From Bacteroidales bacterium (GTDB lineage: Bacteria; Bacteroidota; Bacteroidia; Bacteroidales; VadinHA17), in contig JALONT010000008.1 in NCBI GenBank assembly GCA_025454795.1, forward strand, positions 21,423-85,422: DNA of 64,000 bases. The letters run 5' to 3'. The notes under the pieces are model-generated. The model made no database searches. It saw nothing but the letters and a program-made list of their open reading frames with translations, and was not told the origin of the DNA. This document shows positions 45,201 to 52,835 of this stretch, piece by piece; position 1 is the stretch's first letter; each line of letters opens with the position of its first letter. The translations under genes were made by a program, and so were the position numbers.

Positions 45201-47714
45201 ATGAATCACTTCAGAAAAGAATTTTTTTTCATTACACTGCTTGCCACCTACGTATCATCATCATTTTCGCAGGAATTAACAAAAAAAGAATTTATCAAGG
45301 CAGTTCAGGAAGCTGATATATCTTATTTATATGATAAGGATTATGAAAGAGCGTCCGGTTTATATGAACCTCTTCAGAAAGCCAATCCCGGTAATGCCAA
45401 TCTTGCTGCCAGGCTGGGAATATGTTATCTGAACCTGGATGGTAAAAAACAGGATGCACTGAGGCTTCTCAAAGAAGCTTCAAAAAATGTTGCCGTCGAT
45501 GATAAAGAGTATGTTTTTTATGGAGAAAAGGCTCAGATGGATACATACCTTTATCTTGCCGTGGCATATCAAATGAATGACAGCCTGGAGAAAGCTTTGT
45601 CAATCTATAACGAGGCCAGGAAAAAACTTGGAAAATTCGATGCTCCCCAGGAAGAATACATTGACGTTCAGGTCGGGAGCTGCTACTATGCCCTTGCAAT
45701 GAAAAAGAAACCTCTGACAATAATATCAGAGCTCTTTGCACCATGGCTTAAAGATTATCCCGGAGCATGCAATCCGGTTCTTGCAAAAAATGATTCTGTT
45801 TTTATTTTCACACAAAAAACAGCAGGGAAAACACGTATCCTCTGTTCGTATAAGTCAAATGGCCAGTGGGGTCTTCCTTCTGACATAACCAAACAGATCG
45901 GAGGATTAGACAGGTTCTATTCTAACTCCATCACCGGCGACGGTAAACTGCTGGTCCTGTTCCTGGACGATGGCGGTGACGGAAATCTTTATTTCTGCCA
46001 CAGGAAAGATACTACATGGACGAAAATCAAGAGTCCCGGCAAACCTATAAATACCATTTACTGGGAATCACATGGTTTTATCACTCCCGACGGGAACACG
46101 ATTTATATAGCCACCAACAGACCCGGCGGAATTGGAGATCTCGATATCTGGGTATCTTCCAAACTGCCGGACGGATCCTGGGCCGATGCAGTAAACTGCG
46201 GAGAGGTGATCAATACCTCCGGTAATGAGGATACCCCATTCTTTGATCCTGTTAATAATGCTTTGATCTTCAGCTCCGAAGGACATGTCAGCATGGGAGG
46301 ATACGATGTTTTCAGGTCAACTAAAAGGTATGACAGCTGGACAAACCCCGTTGGAATGCCATACGCCTTTAATACAACCACTCAAAATACATTTTTTATC
46401 CTCAACAACAATGCACCAGGTTTTGTTGCAAGCCGGTTTGACGAAAAAAGCAAGACAAGGAACATTTACGGGCTGGTGGCAATAGATCCAAACGATGAGA
46501 TTACAACTGCTGAAGGAGGAATAACTCTTAAAGACGGAATGGCAGTTGATCCGAAAAAAGCACTTATAAAGCTCACGGATGTCAAAAAGAAAACACCTGC
46601 AAAAGTCATTCCTGTAAAAGATGACGGGACCTACAAATTCGAGATCACACCAGGCGATTATATGCTTCTGGTAAGTCATCCCGGTTATAAGCCGGATACA
46701 ATTAATATGAGTCTGCCGTTGTATTTCCTGAGCAAATATATGGTTGTCAATTCGACACTTATACCAGAGAAAGTGGCTGATGGCAGTTTCCTCTCAATAA
46801 AAAATGTTCTTTTTGCATTCGACAGTTATAAACTTGATGATCAGGCTATATCGGTATTGGAATCACTGAAACCGATTCTTCTGAGCAATCCGGGGCTGAA
46901 AATTGAAGTTGCAGGATATACAGATGCCCTGGGGAGTACGGATTATAACCTGAAACTTTCCGGCAAAAGAGCAAAAGCGGTTATAGACTACCTTGTATCA
47001 ACGGCGATTCCCGCATCTCGCTTAATTCTGAAATCATTCGGTGAATCAAACTTTGCTGCTATCAATTCAAACCATGACGGATCTGATAATCCGGAAGGAA
47101 GAAAATATAACAGGCGTGTTACATTTGGAATTGTTGATCCTAAGACCGGCATTATTCTGAGGCAGGAAACCTATACACCTGAGCATTTGCGAATGGTATC
47201 TGCCATGAAATACAGCATTGTGCTGAAACATTCCACTGAGAGTCTCTCTCCCGGGTTTTTTGATGGACTGAAGCTTAACGGAGTGCTGTTTGTACGCACT
47301 ATCGATTCAGATTCACAGTTTATTTATGCTATCGGGGTGTTCTACAATAAGACAGATGCAATAAATTATCTTGAATACGTAAGGGAAAAAGGATTTACAG
47401 ACGCTTACATCGTCAACCAGTATGAACTGAATAAGGGGATAAACAAACAGGGTAAATTTACTCCGCCTGTTAACCAGCCAGACGGGAAGAAGATCTACAC
47501 AATACAGATAATAGCAACCAGATCACCTGTAAACATGAATCAGTTCAATAAATTTCAGGGGGTCAGGGAAATTATAGGTGAGGATGGATATTACAGGTAT
47601 GTGACCGGTGAGTACACTCAATTTGCAAAAGCAAAAGAGGCGCTCCGGGAATATAAGGAGGCAGGATTCAGTGATGCATTCATAAGAGAGCTTGACCAAC
47701 TCATAATTAAGTAG
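45201..47714 (+). CDS. TPR + PD40 beta-propeller protein D with an OmpA_C-like domain and two SPOR-like domains
   Basis: ARLGICYLNLDGKK, INTIYWESH, GDLDIWVS, NEDTPFF and LIFSSEGHVSMGGYDVF. OmpA_C segment: FAFDSYKLDDQA...IEVAGYTDALGSTDYNLKLSGKRAKAV...NRRVTF. SPOR-like segment: YTIQIIATRSP...YYRYVTGEYTQFAKAKEALREYKEAGFSDAFI. The ATG directly abuts the TAA of gene C. Confidence 0.75.
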   Translation: MNHFRKEFFFITLLATYVSSSFSQELTKKEFIKAVQEADISYLYDKDYERASGLYEPLQKANPGNANLAARLGICYLNLDGKKQDALRLLKEASKNVAVDDKEYVFYGEKAQMDTYLYLAVAYQMNDSLEKALSIYNEARKKLGKFDAPQEEYIDVQVGSCYYALAMKKKPLTIISELFAPWLKDYPGACNPVLAKNDSVFIFTQKTAGKTRILCSYKSNGQWGLPSDITKQIGGLDRFYSNSITGDGKLLVLFLDDGGDGNLYFCHRKDTTWTKIKSPGKPINTIYWESHGFITPDGNTIYIATNRPGGIGDLDIWVSSKLPDGSWADAVNCGEVINTSGNEDTPFFDPVNNALIFSSEGHVSMGGYDVFRSTKRYDSWTNPVGMPYAFNTTTQNTFFILNNNAPGFVASRFDEKSKTRNIYGLVAIDPNDEITTAEGGITLKDGMAVDPKKALIKLTDVKKKTPAKVIPVKDDGTYKFEITPGDYMLLVSHPGYKPDTINMSLPLYFLSKYMVVNSTLIPEKVADGSFLSIKNVLFAFDSYKLDDQAISVLESLKPILLSNPGLKIEVAGYTDALGSTDYNLKLSGKRAKAVIDYLVSTAIPASRLILKSFGESNFAAINSNHDGSDNPEGRKYNRRVTFGIVDPKTGIILRQETYTPEHLRMVSAMKYSIVLKHSTESLSPGFFDGLKLNGVLFVRTIDSDSQFIYAIGVFYNKTDAINYLEYVREKGFTDAYIVNQYELNKGINKQGKFTPPVNQPDGKKIYTIQIIATRSPVNMNQFNKFQGVREIIGEDGYYRYVTGEYTQFAKAKEALREYKEAGFSDAFIRELDQLIIK

Positions 47715-47732
47715 TCACAAAATTCATTTCTT

Positions 47733-48257
47733 ATGAAGTGTGAAAAAATAAAACTCAGAGCTCTGGAGCCCGAAGATCTTGAACTGCTCTATGATTGGGA
47801 GAATAACGATTCATACTGGGTAATCAGCAATACAGTCGCTCCCTTTTCAAAATATACCCTTAAAAGGTATATGGAAAATTCTCACAAGAGTATCTACGAG
47901 ACAGGCCAGCTTCGTCTGATGATTGACATTCTTGATGAGAAGAAAACAATAGGGACTATAGATATTTTTGATTTTGATCCGTTCCACATGAGAGCCGGGA
48001 TCGGGATATTGATTGCAGATGAGGCTCACCGGAGAAAAGGCTATGCATCGATGGCATTGAAATGTCTCACCTCCTACTGCTTTAAGACACTCCTTCTCCA
48101 TCAGCTTTACTGCAACATCCTGGCTAATAACTGCGAAAGTATCGACCTCTTCAAAAAGGTGGGATTTACCCAGGCGGGTATTAAAAAAGATTGGGTAAAA
48201 GCCGCCGATGGTTACCTCGATGAATATATGTTTCAGATGATCAATCCAAAGGAGTGA
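47733..48257 (+). CDS. GNAT family N-acetyltransferase (RimJ/RimL-like)
   Basis: 174 aa with LRALEPEDLELLYDWEN and the acetyl-CoA motif RRKGYASMAL. Confidence 0.8.
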   Translation: MKCEKIKLRALEPEDLELLYDWENNDSYWVISNTVAPFSKYTLKRYMENSHKSIYETGQLRLMIDILDEKKTIGTIDIFDFDPFHMRAGIGILIADEAHRRKGYASMALKCLTSYCFKTLLLHQLYCNILANNCESIDLFKKVGFTQAGIKKDWVKAADGYLDEYMFQMINPKE

Positions 48258-48328
48258 GCTATCAAAGGAACTTTGTGATCATCTGGCAAACTTTGCGCCC
48301 TTTAGTGGCGTTTATTTTTTTGTGCTGT

Positions 48329-49348
48329 TCATTTAATAAAACCGGAAGCCAATAATCCGCATGCTGCAGAAATATCTGCACCACGTGATTTTCTTACTGA
48401 TGCCGAAATGCCAGAGGTCACAAGCTCATGCTTGAAGTGCTGCATTTTTTCTGCTGTTGATGAAGCGTATACATTATTTTTTACCGGATGGTAGGGCAGC
48501 AGGTTAACTCTTATCCCCGAACCTCCCAACATCTTTTTCAATCCTTCAAGATGACGGTCGGAATCATTTACGCTCTCAATCATAACATAAGCGACGCTAA
48601 ATCTTCTTTTCTTCCTTTTGGGATAATTCCGCATCATCTCTAATATTTCTGCTGCGGGATACCTCTTTTCAGCAGGAATAACACCTGCACGCTCCATTGC
48701 AAACGGGGAATAAAGGCTTATTGTCAGGTTGCATTCCGAGGCTTCAAGAAATGATTTTACACCCGGGGTAATACCGACAGTGGATACGGTAACATTTCCT
48801 GGACTGATCGCAAGTCCCCATTCTGCAGTCAGTATTTTACAAGCTTGCAGTACGTTTCCCGGGTTGTCCAACGGTTCACCCATTCCCATGAAAACAACAT
48901 GATTTACATTTGCTGCCTCCGGAATTGATAAAACCTGGTTTATGATATCACCTGCAGTCAGATTGCCATGGTATCCGTACCGGCCCGTAACACAGAACGG
49001 ACACCCCATCCTGCAGCCAGATTGCGTTGAAACACAGACTGTATTTCTCTTATTATCCGGCATATAAACAGTCTCGAAATATTTTCCATCAGGAGAACTG
49101 AAAAGGTATTTAACAGCTTTGTCAGCAGATATTTCAGAAGCTTTAGGGTTATATAATCCGGCTGATGCAATTTCATCAAGAAATTGAATCAGTGCTTTTG
49201 AAATTTTCGGAAGACGAGTAAGTAAAGATATCCTCTTTTTATAAATTGCATTGGCTATGAAAAGAGCATGGCGACGTTCAAATCCTGCCGGTTCGATCAG
49301 AGAGAACATCTCTTCCACTGTCAGTCCGCATAGTATCTTTTTATTCAT
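48329..49348 (-). CDS. rlmN: 23S rRNA/tRNA adenine-C2 methyltransferase, radical SAM (RlmN family)
   Basis: CVSTQSGCRMGCPFCVTG cluster, GMGEPLDN, and a C-terminal SRGADISAACGLL. The start is taken at MNKKILCGLTVEEM. Confidence 0.85.
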   Translation of the reverse strand: MNKKILCGLTVEEMFSLIEPAGFERRHALFIANAIYKKRISLLTRLPKISKALIQFLDEIASAGLYNPKASEISADKAVKYLFSSPDGKYFETVYMPDNKRNTVCVSTQSGCRMGCPFCVTGRYGYHGNLTAGDIINQVLSIPEAANVNHVVFMGMGEPLDNPGNVLQACKILTAEWGLAISPGNVTVSTVGITPGVKSFLEASECNLTISLYSPFAMERAGVIPAEKRYPAAEILEMMRNYPKRKKRRFSVAYVMIESVNDSDRHLEGLKKMLGGSGIRVNLLPYHPVKNNVYASSTAEKMQHFKHELVTSGISASVRKSRGADISAACGLLASGFIK

Positions 49349-49437
49349 AAAAGCAGTATCATGCAAAATTAATCCGATTATCAATATCTTAGCATGTATA
49401 AAAATATTAACAGATCAGAATTAATATCCGGAAAAAG

Positions 49438-50526
49438 TTGGCAAACTGGGATTCATTATACATTTATTATATATCAGGGACCGGCAATGCCCGGATGTCA
49501 TCGCAATGGATAGGTGAAGAAGCTGCAAAAAGAGGACTGAAAACAGTTGTGCAGCAGATTGACAGGCTTGAGAATATTTCCATGCCTTCCGGAAATGATA
49601 AACCTTTGATCGGGTTCGCATTTCCTACCCATGGATTCAATGCCGCGCCGATTATGCTGAAGTTCATAGCCGGATTTCCACCCGGGCTTTGCAGGGAGAT
49701 TTTTCTTTTGAATACAAGAGCTGGCATGAAGCTTTCCAAAATTTTTCTTCCCGGATTAAGCGGACTGGCTCTTTTGCTTCCTGCATTTATGTTATGGCTT
49801 AAAGGATATAAATGCATAGGGTTCAGACCTGTTGATCTTCCGTCAAACTGGATATCACTCCATCCCGGCATAAAAAAGAGTGTCGTAGAATCAATATACT
49901 CTAAAAGGGAACCCCAGGTCAGGAAATTTGCAAACAAAATCCTCTCCGGTGATAAAGTATACCGCGGGATCTTCAGCATCCCTGTCGATCTCCTTGTAAG
50001 TCCCATTGCAGCAGGTTATTACATCGGAGGACGCTTCTTCCTTGCAAAAACATTCATTGCCAACAATAAATGCAATAACTGTGGTATATGCATTAAGGAA
50101 TGTCCCACTTCTTCAATAAGATATGTAAACAACCGCCCTTACTGGAAGCTGACCTGCGAAAGCTGCATGAGATGCATGAATAATTGTCCGCAAAGAGCAA
50201 TTGAAACAGCACATGGCATCGCCACACTCATAATTATACTTGTCTCAGCAGTCAATACATGGATTTTCATGCTTCTGATCGATACTCTGAAGATAAGCCC
50301 GGATGCCTGGTGGTGGAAAATAGGATCCCAGTTTATCAGCATAGCGGTGATGATTACCCTTGCTTCATTGATTTACATTGTAATGCACTATTTAATGGGA
50401 TTCAGACCATTAAGTTACCTGGTGAGATTTACTTCCCTGACTACTTACCCTTTCTGGAGAAGGTACAGGTATCGCCGGGAAAAGAAGGATCCCGGCAAAG
50501 CCGGAAATGATTTAACAACTACATGA
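49438..50526 (+). CDS. EFR1-type ferredoxin: flavodoxin-like N-domain, two 4Fe-4S motifs, C-terminal TM helices
   Basis: YYISGTGNA near the N-terminus, CNNCGICIKECP and CESCMRCMNNCP, then two hydrophobic helices. A TTG start is needed to include the GTGN motif because there is no upstream in-frame ATG. Confidence 0.65.
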   Translation: MANWDSLYIYYISGTGNARMSSQWIGEEAAKRGLKTVVQQIDRLENISMPSGNDKPLIGFAFPTHGFNAAPIMLKFIAGFPPGLCREIFLLNTRAGMKLSKIFLPGLSGLALLLPAFMLWLKGYKCIGFRPVDLPSNWISLHPGIKKSVVESIYSKREPQVRKFANKILSGDKVYRGIFSIPVDLLVSPIAAGYYIGGRFFLAKTFIANNKCNNCGICIKECPTSSIRYVNNRPYWKLTCESCMRCMNNCPQRAIETAHGIATLIIILVSAVNTWIFMLLIDTLKISPDAWWWKIGSQFISIAVMITLASLIYIVMHYLMGFRPLSYLVRFTSLTTYPFWRRYRYRREKKDPGKAGNDLTTT

Positions 50527-50529
50527 CCA

Positions 50530-52638
50530 TTATTCGGTCAGAAAACCGATATTCCTGAGATAAGGTTCTTCAGATGGCTCATGACCGCGGAAGTTAACAT
50601 ACATCTCCATCGGGTCCATGATACCGTTCTTCTCAAGGATATTTTCTCTGAATGATTTAGCTGTAGCTTTATCATAGAGCCCATGCTCCTTAAAGGCTTC
50701 GAATGCGTCATTGTCAAGTACTGCAGCCCATGTATATCCGTAATATCCTGAATCGTATTCGCCTGTGATATGAGAGAAATATGTACTCCTGTACCGGGAG
50801 ACGATCTCAGGGATCAATCCAAGCCTGTCAAAAAATTCTTTTTCAAAACTCTGAATATCAATATTTACCGGAGCCTCAAGAGTATGATAAGCCATGTCAA
50901 GAAGGGAAGCAGCATAAATTTCGGTATTTGAGAATCCCTGGTTGAAGTATCCGCTGTTCCTGAGCTTCTTAACAAGTGATTCCGGTATCAGTTCTCCTGT
51001 CTGGAAGTGCTTTGCATACAGATTAAGGACTTCAGGTTCTGATGCCCAGTGTTCCATCAGTTGTGAAGGGAGTTCAACAAAGTCATACGCAATATAAATC
51101 TCGTTGTATGAATTCCTGTGAAACATCTCGTCAAGGGCATGTCCGAATTCATGATAAAGAGTCGATACTTCTTCCAGTGTAAGTAGTGCAGGCGAACCTT
51201 CACCCGGGCGTGAAAAATTGAATACAGTTGTAACAACAGGAGTGATTTCCTTACCGTTCAGCACCTGGTGGGTCCGGTAGGCCGACTGCCATGCGCCCTG
51301 CTGCTTGCTGTCGCGGGGGAAGAAATCCATATAGAGTACAGCCAGGTGAGATCCGTTAGTATCTTTAACCTCATATGCAACTGCTTCAGGATGTGGAAGC
51401 GGGCAATCAGTAAGAGGTGTGAAAGTAATTCCATAGAGCTTGTTGGCAACTGAAAGCAGCCCCGTCTTTACATTCTCAAGTTCAAAATAAGGTTTCAGCT
51501 CCTCATCGTTGAGATCATATTTTTCTTTCCTGAGCTTTTCAGCATAGTACCACCAGTCAGATGGTTCGAGTTTGAACTTCCCTCCTTCCTTATCAATAAT
51601 CTTCTGCATTTCAGTTACCTCATTCTTAGCTACGGGAATAGCTTTTTCCCACAGCCTGTTCAGAAGGTTAAGAACATTCTCAGGTTCCTTTGCCATGCGG
51701 GGTTCGAGTACAAATTCTGAATGGTTCCTGTAACCCAGGAGTTTTGCCCTCTCAGCCCGCAGTGCAATAATTTCTGCAAGTATCTTATTGTTATCGAACT
51801 CGTTGCCGTTATTTCCGCGGTTGGTATAAGCGTTGAATATCTGGTGGCGCAGCTCCCTGTTTTCAGAATACTGGAGAAACGGGAAAATGCTTGGGCGCTG
51901 AAGGGTGAAAGCCCATTTGCCATCCTGTCCCGCTGCTTTGGCAACCTCTGACGCAGGTTCAATGACTGATTCAGGCAAGCCTGCAAGGCCATCTTTATCG
52001 ACGACCAGCCTGTATAAGTTGTTCTCTCCAAGTACATTCTGGTCAAAAGTTACAGTAAGGACAGACAATTTCTGATTGATCGCCTTAAGTTTAACCTGGT
52101 CCTCCGGACTCAGGTTAGCACCGTTTCTGACAAACTCCCTGTACAGATTGTGGAGGGTGTATTTCTGCTCCGGATTGAGGTTAAATTTCGCCTGGTTATC
52201 CCATACGTACTTTATCTTCTTAAAGAGTTCCGGATTAAGTCTCTGTTCATCCTCATGGGCTGAAAGTCTGGGAGATATCTCAACCTCTATATCCTGCAGT
52301 GAATCATTAGTGTTTGCAGATGCCTGGCAGAGGAAAACGTTTTTGACATTTGTCAGCAGGCTTCCGCTTTTATCAAGGGCTGCAATGGTATTCTCAAATG
52401 ATGGTTCTTCACTGTTTCCGGTAATAGCTTGAATATCTTTTCTTCCGTCGGTAAAACCTTTTTCGAAGGCCTCCATATAATGTTTAGCCATTATTTTTTC
52501 AAATGGCGGAATATTAAATGGAGTATTGTATTCATTGAAGAATGGGTTGGACTTGTCAACCGCGGGTTCATTTTTGCATGAAGGTAAGGTCATCACGGAT
52601 AATGCTGTAATAATGAATAATTTAGTAAGATTTTTCAC
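50530..52638 (-). CDS. dcp: M3 family metallopeptidase (peptidyl-dipeptidase Dcp-like) lipoprotein
   Basis: 702 aa with a lipobox LPSC, the zinc motif HEFGHALD, and downstream EVPSQ-like ELPSQLMEHW. The start is a GTG. Confidence 0.8.
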   Translation of the reverse strand: MKNLTKLFIITALSVMTLPSCKNEPAVDKSNPFFNEYNTPFNIPPFEKIMAKHYMEAFEKGFTDGRKDIQAITGNSEEPSFENTIAALDKSGSLLTNVKNVFLCQASANTNDSLQDIEVEISPRLSAHEDEQRLNPELFKKIKYVWDNQAKFNLNPEQKYTLHNLYREFVRNGANLSPEDQVKLKAINQKLSVLTVTFDQNVLGENNLYRLVVDKDGLAGLPESVIEPASEVAKAAGQDGKWAFTLQRPSIFPFLQYSENRELRHQIFNAYTNRGNNGNEFDNNKILAEIIALRAERAKLLGYRNHSEFVLEPRMAKEPENVLNLLNRLWEKAIPVAKNEVTEMQKIIDKEGGKFKLEPSDWWYYAEKLRKEKYDLNDEELKPYFELENVKTGLLSVANKLYGITFTPLTDCPLPHPEAVAYEVKDTNGSHLAVLYMDFFPRDSKQQGAWQSAYRTHQVLNGKEITPVVTTVFNFSRPGEGSPALLTLEEVSTLYHEFGHALDEMFHRNSYNEIYIAYDFVELPSQLMEHWASEPEVLNLYAKHFQTGELIPESLVKKLRNSGYFNQGFSNTEIYAASLLDMAYHTLEAPVNIDIQSFEKEFFDRLGLIPEIVSRYRSTYFSHITGEYDSGYYGYTWAAVLDNDAFEAFKEHGLYDKATAKSFRENILEKNGIMDPMEMYVNFRGHEPSEEPYLRNIGFLTE

Positions 52639-52835
52639 GTGTATCGGTTTAAGTTAAAGTATGATTAATTATTTTTTAACGAAGGTAGAAATTTTGATTT
52701 TGATTGGCAATGATTAAAATACGATGATTCTTATTGTAAAAATTGTTCATTAATAAGTCTTCTATTTTTTGTCTTTTACATGATATTTGCCGAAATTGTA
52801 AGGTTGAATCTTAATAAACCTTTATACTTAATCAT

